A DNA stretch of 40,439 bases from Gammaproteobacteria bacterium (lineage in GTDB: Bacteria; Pseudomonadota; Gammaproteobacteria; Thiohalorhabdales; Thiohalorhabdaceae). The notes beneath the pieces were generated by a model that made no database searches, had not been told where the DNA came from, and saw nothing but the letters and a program-made list of their open reading frames with translations. Location: assembly GCA_018609925.1 (NCBI GenBank), contig JAHEOG010000139.1, positions 1-40,439 on the forward strand, given 5' to 3'. Every line of letters begins with the position of its first letter. Position 1 is the stretch's first letter. This document shows positions 10,853 through 22,687 of this stretch, piece after piece. Position numbers and translations under genes: made by a program.

Positions 10853-11716
10853 ATGCCGAGCTCCAAGGACATCAAGAAGCAGATCGGCTCCATCGAGAAC
10901 ACGAAGAAGATCACTTCGGCGATGGAGATGGTCGCGGCCTCCAAGATGCGCAAGGCCGAGGCCCGCATGCACGCCACGCGGCCCTACGCCGAGAAGATGC
11001 GCCAGGTGATCGGCCACATCGGCAAGGCCCACCCGGAGTACACCCACTCGTTTTTGGAGGAGCGGCAGACCGAAACGGCCGGGATCCTCATCATCACCTC
11101 GGATCGCGGGCTGTGCGGGGGCCTCAACACCAACGCCATGCGCCGGGCCCTGAACCTGATGGAAGAGCTCCAGTCCCAGGGGGTCAGCTACCGGGTAGCC
11201 GCCATCGGGCGCAAGAGCCTGCCGTTGTTGAACCGGATCGGAGTGGACATCATGGCCGAGGTCTCGGATCTGGGGGACGCCCCTGAGGTCACCGACATCG
11301 CCGGCACGGTCAAGGTGGTGATGGACGCCTTTATGGAAGGGCAGCTGGACCGGGTCTACCTGGTGTACAACCGCTTTGTGAACACCATGACTCAGAACGT
11401 GGAAACGGAGCAGATCCTACCCATCACCGAGATCACCGAGCCGGCGGAGCTCCACTGGGACTACATCTACGAGCCGGAGCCCCAGGAGGTTATCGACGGG
11501 CTCATGGAGCGCTACGTGGAGTCCCTGGTTTATCACGGCCTGGTGGAGAACATCGCCTCGGAACAGGCGGCCCGGATGGTGGCCATGAAGAGCGCTTCGG
11601 ACAACGCCGAGGAGCTCATCGAGGATCTCAAGCTCTCCTACAACAAGGCGCGGCAGGCGGCGATCACCGCCGAGCTGGCCGAGATTACCTCCGGCGCGGC
11701 GGCCCTGGAGGAGTAA
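10853..11716 (+). CDS. atpG: F1 ATP synthase subunit gamma
   Basis: Motifs KITSAMEMVAASK, SDRGLCGGLN and YNKARQAAITAEL. Confidence 0.98.
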   Translation: MPSSKDIKKQIGSIENTKKITSAMEMVAASKMRKAEARMHATRPYAEKMRQVIGHIGKAHPEYTHSFLEERQTETAGILIITSDRGLCGGLNTNAMRRALNLMEELQSQGVSYRVAAIGRKSLPLLNRIGVDIMAEVSDLGDAPEVTDIAGTVKVVMDAFMEGQLDRVYLVYNRFVNTMTQNVETEQILPITEITEPAELHWDYIYEPEPQEVIDGLMERYVESLVYHGLVENIASEQAARMVAMKSASDNAEELIEDLKLSYNKARQAAITAELAEITSGAAALEE

Positions 11717-11792
11717 CCCGGTAGCCCCTTTCGGGGGCCATCCCCGGAGGGGACGACCAGAGGGGCCTGCGGCCGAACTTCGGAAACCTTAG

Positions 11793-13208
<1,416 letters not shown>

Positions 13209-13260
13209 CCCCCGATTGGCCCGTTGCGGGCCGAAGGCCGCCTAGGGAGAAAGAGGCTCT

Positions 13261-13680
13261 ATGGGAATGACCATCCACGTCGATGTGGTCAGCGCCGACC
13301 GGGAGATCTACTCGGGCCAGAGCGAGATGGTCGTCGCCCCCGCAGAGATGGGGGAGGTCGGCATCATGCCGGGCCACTCGCCCCTGGTTACCCGGCTTTT
13401 GCCGGGCGAGGTCCGGATCCAGCACGAGGGCCGGGAGGAAGAGGTGCTTTTCGTTTCGGGGGGCTTCCTGGAGGTCCAGCCCTCGGTGGTGACCATCCTG
13501 GCGGACACCGCAGAGCGGGCCCCGGATATCGATGCCGCCGAGGCGGAAGCCGCCAAGCGCCGAGCGGAGAAGGCCCTGGAGGAGCAGACTTCGGACATGG
13601 AGCTCGCCCGGGCCAAGGCCGAGCTGGCCGAGGCCACTGCCCGGCTTCGGATATACCGGCGTCACCGGGAGCGGGCCTAG
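13261..13680 (+). CDS. atpC: F1 ATP synthase subunit epsilon
   Basis: Motifs [12 protein letters not shown] and [18 protein letters not shown]. The start may be ATG 13261 or a downstream in-frame start. Confidence 0.97.
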   Translation: MGMTIHVDVVSADREIYSGQSEMVVAPAEMGEVGIMPGHSPLVTRLLPGEVRIQHEGREEEVLFVSGGFLEVQPSVVTILADTAERAPDIDAAEAEAAKRRAEKALEEQTSDMELARAKAELAEATARLRIYRRHRERA

Positions 13681-13731
13681 GGATTCCCATGCCCGGCCCC
13701 TCTAGCGACAGCCTGGATGAAGCATCCGTTC

Positions 13732-13764
13732 GGGGGCGGCCTACCGGGCCGCCCCCTTCCTTTT
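13732..13764 (+). terminator. Intrinsic terminator after atpC
   Basis: 10-bp stem GGGGGCGGCC/GGCCGCCCCC with a 5-nt loop, followed by TTCCTTTT. Confidence 0.7.
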
Positions 13765-13778
13765 GGTAGGCTCCTCCT

Positions 13779-15214
13779 ATGGATCTCGAAGTCGTTGTGC
13801 TCGCCGCCGGGGCCGGCACGCGCATGCGCTCCCACTGGCCCAAGGTCCTGCATACCCTGGGGGGCCGGCCCATACTGGCCCACGTCCTGGAGGCGGCGCA
13901 GGCGCTCGAGCCCTCGGCGATCCGGGTGGTCATCGGCCACGGAGCGGAGTCTGTCCGAGAGGCCTTCGCGTACGCCCCCGTGGCCTTCGTCGAGCAGCCG
14001 GAGCAGGTCGGCACCGGCGACGCGGTGCGCCGCGCCGGTCCGGACTTCGCCCGCAGTGACTGGGTGATGGTCTTGAACGGCGACGTTCCCCTCCTGTGCG
14101 GGGAAACCCTGCAACGGTGGTGGGGAAGTCTAGGCGAAAGCCGGGCGGGGCTCGTCCTGCTTACGGCCCACCTTGATGACCCGTCGGGCTACGGGCGGAT
14201 CCTGCGGGAGAGCGCCGGAGGCATCGCCGGAATCCGCGAAGAGAAGGACGCGAGCGCCGCGGAGCGCGGCATCGGGGAGGTCTTCACCGGCATCCTGGCT
14301 GCGCGCGGGCCCAGGCTCGGCCCCTGGCTGGAGCGCCTCTCGGACGACAACGCCCAGGGCGAGTACTACCTCACCGACATTGTGGCCATGGCCGCGGACG
14401 AGGCCGGGGTGGCGGGATTCCCTCTTCCGGATCCGGCCGAGGCCCTCGGCATCAACGACCGGGCCCAGCTGGCGGTCGCCGAGGCGGCCTTCCAGCGCCG
14501 GGCTGCCCAGGCCTTAATGGCGGGCGGAGTGACCCTGCGGGATCCCGCCCGGACCGCGGTCTACGGCACCGTCCATCCCGCCCCCGACGCCGTGGTGGAC
14601 CCCGGGTGCCAGTTCGAAGGCGAGGTGGAGCTGGCCGAAGACGTCCACATCGGGCCCGGGTGTTACCTACGCGACACCCGCCTGGGCTCCGGGGCCCGTA
14701 TCCACGGCCACAGCCACCTGGACGGGGCGGACGTGGGGCCCGGTGCGGAGGTGGGCCCCTTCGCCCGGCTGCGAGGGGAATCGGTCCTGGAGGAAGGGGC
14801 CCGTGTGGGCAATTTCGTGGAGACCAAGAAGGCCCGCCTCGGCAAAGGCGTCAAGGCTAACCACCTCACCTACGTCGGGGACGCCGAGGTGGGGCCGGGG
14901 GCCAATCTGGGGGCCGGTACCATCACTTGCAACTACGACGGCCACCGCAAGCACAAGACCACTATCGGGGCGGGGGCCTTCATCGGCTCGGCGGTCCAAT
15001 TGGTGGCGCCGGTAACGGTGGGGGAGGGCGCCACCATCGGCGCCGGTTCCACCATCAGCCGGGACGCCCCGGCCCATGCCCTGACCGTGTGCCGGAGCCG
15101 GCAGTTCACCCGCAGCGATTGGAAGCGCCCGGAGGATCGGGAGCACCGGGCCGACCATGATCAAGAAAGCGGGGATCGGGAAAGTGAAGATCGCGAAAGC
15201 GGGGATAAGGACTG

Positions 15215-15215
<1 letters not shown>
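13779..15215 (+). CDS. glmU: Bifunctional UDP-GlcNAc pyrophosphorylase / glucosamine-1-phosphate acetyltransferase GlmU
   Basis: Motifs LAAGAGTRMRS..PKVLH, EYYLTD, hexapeptide repeats, GNFVETK and GAGTITCNYDG. Confidence 0.97.
15159..15209 (+). repeat. 15-bp tandem repeat (about 3.4 copies) in the 3' end of glmU
   Basis: gatcaagaaagcggg / gatcgggaaagtgaa / gatcgcgaaagcggg / gataag, encoding DQESG DRESE DRESG DK. Confidence 0.8.
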
Positions 15216-17047
<1,832 letters not shown>

Positions 17048-17100
17048 CCATATAGGGGCAGTCGACAGCCCCGCAACAAAGGATCACCGCCCTACCAAGC

Positions 17101-18870
17101 ATGGATCTCCCTCGGCTACTGCGGATCTGGACCCAGCACTGGAGCCTCCGGCTCATGGTGCTGGGGGTGTTCATCGGGGTCCTCGCCGGCGCCGTGGTGC
17201 TGGGCTTCCGGGTGGCCATCGCGGAGGCCTCCCATTGGTTCACCCTGGGGCAGGGTTTCGCCGGGATCCCGTGGCAGTTTCGCTTGGTCTTGCCGATGTT
17301 CGGGGGATTGGCCGTTGGCCTCCTGGTCAAGTGGGTCTTTCCCCGCAACGCCGATGTCGGGGTCAGCCGTGTCCTGGAGCGGGTGGCCTACGGCGCCAGC
17401 CAGCTTGGGGCGCGCAGCGCGGTCGCCCAGTTCCTGTTCGGGATCCTGGCCATTGGCTCGGGGCATTCGGTGGGGCGGGAGGGCCCCTCCGTCCACATGG
17501 GGGCGGCGGTCGGCTCCCTGATCGGCCAACGCGCCGGGGTCGATCCCGACCATCTCCGGATCCTCGTGGCGGCGGGGGCTGCCGGGGCCTTTGCCGGGGC
17601 CCTGGACGTCCCCCTGGCCGGTGTGGTCTTCGCCCTGGAGGTCATCCTCGGCGAGTACTCCTTGGTGCTGTTCGCCCCGGTCGTGGTAAGCGCCGTGATC
17701 GCCACGGTGATTGCCGCCAATCTGCCAGGCGGCCGCGAGGTCTTCCTGCAGCTCCCCGATGTGACGGTCCACTCCTTCTGGTTTTTGCCCCTGGATTGGG
17801 TCATCGGCCTGGGGGCGGCCTTGGTCGCGTTCCTCCTCATTCGGGGAGTCGAGACCATCCACCGGGCCAGTCAGTGGGTGCGGATCCCCGGCTGGGCCCT
17901 TCCTGGCGTGGGCGGGCTGGGTGTTGGGAGCCTGGCGGTCTTCCTGCCCGAGGTCATGGGGGTAAGCTACGATGCCTTGTCCGCGGTATTCGCTGGCTCC
18001 CTTTCTGTCGGCTTCCTGACCGGGTTGCTCGCGGCCAAGCTGGCCGCCACCGCCATCAGCCTGGGCACCCAGTCCCGTGGGGGAGGGGCCATCGGCCCCG
18101 CCCTGTTCATGGGGGCTCTCCTGGGGGCAATTGCGGCCGGGGCCACCGAGTGGCTATTCCCGATCGCCATCGAGGATCCGGCCAGCTTCGCGATCGTGGG
18201 CATGGCGGCGGGCATGGCGTCGGTGCTCAACGCACCGTTTAGCGCCATCGTGGCGGTGTTCGAGCTGACCCAGCAGCCAGCGGTGATCCTGCCGGTCATG
18301 CTGGCCACGGTCACGGCGGCGGTGACCTCGCGGGACTGGTTCAAGGCGGAGGCCATTTTCGCCTGGACCCTGCACCTGCGGGAGCTGTCCGAGCCATCCC
18401 TGCCGGAGGCCGGCCAGAAGTGCACGGTGCCCGTGAACGAGGTCATGATCGGCCAATATCGAATCCTGCCGCCCCGGGTGGATCCGGAGGAGCTGCGGGA
18501 GGCCCAGTCGGATTCCGGTTTGCAGGTGATCTTTCCGGTCTTCCAGGATTCGGAGCTGGTGGGGATCCTGGATCTCAATGGCCTGCTTCGGGCGGGTGTG
18601 GCCACGCCGGACGACGATGGTTGCATCGATCTCTCCCCCTATCTCTATCGGGAAGAGGAGCTCCGTCCCCTGTTCCCCGGGGACCGGGCGGTCAAGGCCA
18701 TGGACCTGATGGCCTCCTACGGGCTGGAGGGCTATCCCGTTCGCTCCCCCCGGGACGCCCACATGCTGGTGGGGCTGGTGTATCAGACCGACGTGATCCA
18801 AGCCTGCATGGAGCAGCTCCGGGAGCACCGCAACGGGGAGGCCCCCAAGGAGGCCTCCCTGCCCAAGTAA
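17101..18870 (+). CDS. CLC-family chloride channel/transporter with C-terminal CBS-like pair
   Basis: Multi-TM protein with SVGREGPSVHMG, PLAGVVFALEV, GG..GPALFMG and APFSAIVAVFELT, and a soluble C-terminus ending in the CBS-like LVGLV..TDV. Confidence 0.9.
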   Translation: MDLPRLLRIWTQHWSLRLMVLGVFIGVLAGAVVLGFRVAIAEASHWFTLGQGFAGIPWQFRLVLPMFGGLAVGLLVKWVFPRNADVGVSRVLERVAYGASQLGARSAVAQFLFGILAIGSGHSVGREGPSVHMGAAVGSLIGQRAGVDPDHLRILVAAGAAGAFAGALDVPLAGVVFALEVILGEYSLVLFAPVVVSAVIATVIAANLPGGREVFLQLPDVTVHSFWFLPLDWVIGLGAALVAFLLIRGVETIHRASQWVRIPGWALPGVGGLGVGSLAVFLPEVMGVSYDALSAVFAGSLSVGFLTGLLAAKLAATAISLGTQSRGGGAIGPALFMGALLGAIAAGATEWLFPIAIEDPASFAIVGMAAGMASVLNAPFSAIVAVFELTQQPAVILPVMLATVTAAVTSRDWFKAEAIFAWTLHLRELSEPSLPEAGQKCTVPVNEVMIGQYRILPPRVDPEELREAQSDSGLQVIFPVFQDSELVGILDLNGLLRAGVATPDDDGCIDLSPYLYREEELRPLFPGDRAVKAMDLMASYGLEGYPVRSPRDAHMLVGLVYQTDVIQACMEQLREHRNGEAPKEASLPK

Positions 18871-18966
18871 TCCGCTGCCTGAGCGTAGCCCTCGAATGGT
18901 TTACCCTGGCCCGGCCCCAGCTCGGGGCCCATCAGCGGGCCTTACCTTCCTTGCCCGGAGCGTTGC

Positions 18967-21144
18967 ATGAGCCACCTACCCCCACCCTTCGACGGCCTGA
19001 ACGAGCAGCAGCAGGAGGCGGTGTCGCTGCCGCCCGGGCCCAGCCTGGTGCTGGCCGGGGCCGGTAGCGGCAAGACCCGGGTGCTGACCCACCGCATCGC
19101 CTACCTCGTGGGTCATCTGGGCGAGCCTCCCGGATCCATCCTGGCCGTGACCTTCACCAACAAGGCGGCCCGCGAGATGCGCGAGCGGGTGGAGGACCTG
19201 CTGGGGATCAGCGTGTCAGGGCTTTGGATCGGGACCTTTCACGGCCTCTGCCACCGCATCCTGCGCGCCCATCACACCACCCTGGACCTGCCCGCCGACT
19301 TCCAGATCCTCGACGCCGAGGACCAGAAGCGCATGGTCCGCCGGATCATCCGGGAGGCCGGGGTCGACGAGAAGGTCTACGACACCCGCCGTGTCCAGGG
19401 GGCAATCAACGCCTTCAAGGAGGACGGCCGGACCCCGGCGGAAGCCGAGGACGGCGAGAACGATGCCACCCTGATCGCCCTCTACCGCCGGTATCAGGCC
19501 GCGCTTCATCAGTCGGGCCTGGTGGACTTCGGGGACCTGCTCCTGCGCTGCCTGGAGCTGTTCCGCAAGGATCCCGAAGTGGCCGCCCACTACCGCTGGC
19601 GGTTTCGCCATGTGCTGGTGGACGAGCTTCAGGACACCAACCGCATCCAGCATCTGTGGCTGCGGGCCCTGATCGCCGACGGCCACGACCTGTTCGCCGT
19701 GGGCGACGACGACCAGTCCATCTACGGCTGGCGCGGGGCCCGGGTCGATCACGTCCTGGACTTCAGCCGCCACTACCCCGACTGCCGGGTGGTGCGCCTG
19801 GAGCGCAACTACCGATCCACCCAGCCCATCCTGGCCGCGGCCAACGACGTCATCCGGCACAACAGCGGCCGGCTCGGCAAGGAGCTCTGGACCGCCCAGG
19901 AGGAAGGCCCCCGCCCAGCCTGGATGGCGGCCCCGACCGAGCGGGAGGAGGCCCAGTTCGTTGTCGGTGAGATCCAGAGCTGGGTGGAATCGGGCCGGGC
20001 CCGGTCCGAGTGCGCCGTGCTGTATCGCTCCCACGCCCAGTCCCGGCAGTTCGAGGAGGCACTGATGGGGGCGGGCCTGCCCTACCGCGTGTACGGCGGG
20101 ATGCGCTTCTTCGAGCGCGCCGAGATCAAGGACGCCCTGGCCTACCTGCGGCTCCTGCGCAATCCGCACGACGACGCCAGCTTCGACCGGGCGGTGAACA
20201 CCCCCACCCGGGGGGTGGGCGAAAAGTCGCTGGCTGCGGTGCGCAGCGCGGCCGGCGGTGGCTCCCTCTGGCAAGGCGCCCAGACGGCCCTGGCGGAAGG
20301 GCGGCTTCGGGGCAAGGCGCGCACCGGACTGGAAGGGTTCCTGGGCCTTCTCGACGAGCTGCGGGAGTCCTCCCATACCCGTGCCCTGGGGGATTTGGTG
20401 GAGCGGGTCCTGCGCCGATCGGGGCTGGCCGAGGCCTGGGCGAGCAAGGGCGATGCCGACGCCGAGAACCGGGTGGAGAACCTGGAGGAGCTGGTCAACG
20501 CGGCGGGCCAGTTCGCGGAAGAGGAAGCGGGCGAGGACGAGGACCCGCTGTCGGCCTTCCTCTCCCATACCGCCCTGGAGGCCGGGGAGGGCCGGGCCGA
20601 TCCGGACGAAGACGCGGTTCAGCTCATGTCCCTGCACGCCGCCAAGGGTCTGGAGTTCCCCAAGGTCTTCCTGACGGGGATGGAGGAGGGGCTGTTCCCC
20701 CACTTCCGGGTGCTGGAGGACGAGACGGCCCTGGAGGAGGAGCGCCGCCTCTGCTACGTGGGCATGACCCGGGCCATGGAGGAGCTGGTGCTGACCATGG
20801 CCCGCCGGCGCCGCCTCCACGGCCGGGAGCAGACCAATCCGCCCTCCCGCTTCGTGGAGGAGATCCAGCCGCAGCGCTTGGAGGATCGCACGCCCAAGCC
20901 CACGGTCCACGAGTCGGGCCTCGGCCATCCCGGGGCGGGACCGGTGGGGGCCCGTCCGCCTTCGGGACGGGAGAGCCCGGCCTTCCCGCCCGGTTCGGGG
21001 GTACGCCACCCGCGGTTCGGGGCCGGGGTGGTCATGGCCTGCGACGGGGCCGGGCCAAAGGGGCGGGTGCGGGTCTACTTCCGGGAGCTGGACGAGGAGA
21101 AGTGGCTGATTACCGAGTACGCCGGGTTGGAGCGCCTGGAATGA
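18967..21144 (+). CDS. uvrD: DNA helicase II UvrD (UvrD/PcrA family)
   Basis: Motifs LAGAGSGKT, VTFTNKAA, VDELQDTN, VGDDDQSIYGWRGA, LERNYRS, HAAKGLEF and EEERRLCYVGMTRA, with a C-terminal Tudor-like V.HP.FG.G.V. Confidence 0.95.
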   Translation: MSHLPPPFDGLNEQQQEAVSLPPGPSLVLAGAGSGKTRVLTHRIAYLVGHLGEPPGSILAVTFTNKAAREMRERVEDLLGISVSGLWIGTFHGLCHRILRAHHTTLDLPADFQILDAEDQKRMVRRIIREAGVDEKVYDTRRVQGAINAFKEDGRTPAEAEDGENDATLIALYRRYQAALHQSGLVDFGDLLLRCLELFRKDPEVAAHYRWRFRHVLVDELQDTNRIQHLWLRALIADGHDLFAVGDDDQSIYGWRGARVDHVLDFSRHYPDCRVVRLERNYRSTQPILAAANDVIRHNSGRLGKELWTAQEEGPRPAWMAAPTEREEAQFVVGEIQSWVESGRARSECAVLYRSHAQSRQFEEALMGAGLPYRVYGGMRFFERAEIKDALAYLRLLRNPHDDASFDRAVNTPTRGVGEKSLAAVRSAAGGGSLWQGAQTALAEGRLRGKARTGLEGFLGLLDELRESSHTRALGDLVERVLRRSGLAEAWASKGDADAENRVENLEELVNAAGQFAEEEAGEDEDPLSAFLSHTALEAGEGRADPDEDAVQLMSLHAAKGLEFPKVFLTGMEEGLFPHFRVLEDETALEEERRLCYVGMTRAMEELVLTMARRRRLHGREQTNPPSRFVEEIQPQRLEDRTPKPTVHESGLGHPGAGPVGARPPSGRESPAFPPGSGVRHPRFGAGVVMACDGAGPKGRVRVYFRELDEEKWLITEYAGLERLE

Positions 21145-22113
21145 CTAGCCGGCGACGGTCTCGGGCCAGCCCACCCAGGCGTTGCCCGGAAGGTCGCGCC
21201 GGGCCTCCAGGATCGCCCGGAAGTGCTCCGGGTCCTTGGTGGTGGTGAGCTCCCCCCCCCGAGGGTTGTGGTAGTCCCAGAGCCGCGAGAGCCAGAACCG
21301 CAGAGCGGCGCCGCGCAGCATGATCGGCCAGAGGGCTTCCTCGTTGCGGGTCAGGGGCCGCTCGGCGTGGTAGTGGTGCAGCAGGGCCCGGGCGCGATAG
21401 GGGTTGAGGGTGCCGTCCGAGTGGATGCACCAGTCGTTGGCCACGATGGCCAGGTCATAGGCCAGGACGTCGGTACAGGCGTAGTAGAAATCGATGATCC
21501 CGGTGAGCTCGCCCTCTTCGAACAGGGCGTTGTCATGGAACAGGTCGGCGTGGATCACGCCCCGGGGAAGGTCCACCCGCCGGTTGTGGTACTGGTAGAT
21601 GGTCTCGTCCTGGATGAGCCGGCGCTCGTCGGGGGCAACCTGGGCGTCCAAGGCCTCCGCCGTGTCCTGCCACCAGGTGGGCCCCCGGGGATTGGGCCGG
21701 TGGTCGGGGAACCGCTGCCCCGTGCGGTGCATTCGGCCCAGAACCGTTCCTACCGCGGCGCAGTGCTCCACCCCCGGATGGTAGATCGTCCGCCCCGGGA
21801 GCTTGGTGACGATGGCGGCCTGCTTGCCCGCGAGGACGCCCAGGTAATCGCCGCCATCGTTGGGAATGGGGCGGGGAACCGGGAGCCGGTCTTCGGCCAG
21901 GAAGGCCATGAACCGCAGGACAAAAGGGAGATCGCGCTCCGGCACCCGCTCAAAGAGGGTCAGGACGTAGTGGCCGCAGTCGGTGGTCAGGAAATAGTTG
22001 GTGTTCTCCACCCCCTGACAGATCCCGACCAGCTCCTGAGGCCGGCCCACCTGACTGTAGCTCGCCAGGAAGGCCTCCAGCTGGTCCTCGGTGATGGGGG
22101 TGAAGACCGACAT
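21145..22113 (-). CDS. thrB: Homoserine kinase type II (APH-like ThrB)
   Basis: Motifs MSVFT, GVENTNY, YVLTLFE, IHADLFHDN, IDFYYAC and ALRFWLSRLWD. The thrB-DUF2782-polA arrangement is as seen in pseudomonads. Confidence 0.92.
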   Translation of the reverse strand: MSVFTPITEDQLEAFLASYSQVGRPQELVGICQGVENTNYFLTTDCGHYVLTLFERVPERDLPFVLRFMAFLAEDRLPVPRPIPNDGGDYLGVLAGKQAAIVTKLPGRTIYHPGVEHCAAVGTVLGRMHRTGQRFPDHRPNPRGPTWWQDTAEALDAQVAPDERRLIQDETIYQYHNRRVDLPRGVIHADLFHDNALFEEGELTGIIDFYYACTDVLAYDLAIVANDWCIHSDGTLNPYRARALLHHYHAERPLTRNEEALWPIMLRGAALRFWLSRLWDYHNPRGGELTTTKDPEHFRAILEARRDLPGNAWVGWPETVAG

Positions 22114-22162
22114 GGCCTCGCCTAGACCCTTCCTAGATTGCGGATAGGCCCCTTGCCCACCC

Positions 22163-22492
22163 CTACCATTCGAACAGGGTCCATTGGGGGACGCTGATCT
22201 GGGGACCGATGCGGTCGTTCAGAGTCCCGTCTCCATTGTCGTCCACGAGGTAGTAGGCCGGGCCCCAATCGGGATCCACCCGCACCATGTAGACTCGGCC
22301 TCCGGAACGGTACTCGGTGATGGTGGCATCCGGCTTCTGGATCACCGTGACCTCCGGCTCCCCCCCTTGCGGGGGCTCGATCCGCTGTTCCGGAGGGATT
22401 CGCTCCGTCTCCTGGGCGAGGCCGGGCGCCGGGAAGGCGACGAAGAGGGCCAGCAGGGTGGAGGCGATCAGGCGAGGAAGGCAAGAAGGCAT
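22163..22492 (-). CDS. DUF2782 family exported protein
   Basis: Signal peptide followed by EPEVTVI...EYR..GRVYMVRV.P..GPAYYLVD.NGDG and a C-terminal PQW.LFEW. Divergent from polA. Confidence 0.85.
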   Translation of the reverse strand: MPSCLPRLIASTLLALFVAFPAPGLAQETERIPPEQRIEPPQGGEPEVTVIQKPDATITEYRSGGRVYMVRVDPDWGPAYYLVDDNGDGTLNDRIGPQISVPQWTLFEW

Positions 22493-22687
22493 GGGGCGAT
22501 GGACCTTTTTCCGGTTTCTCGGCCCATTCTACGCGCGGTTGGCCCCGGGCGGGCACCCGGTTTTCCCGTCCTGGATCCCTGAAACGCGATCCTCAGAGGG
22601 GCGAGGGCCAACGCCGCAGGGTGGTCGTGGTACCGTTGCCCCTGGCATCCCCCCGTTGATGCGGGGCTCCCCAGCCGGACCAACGGA

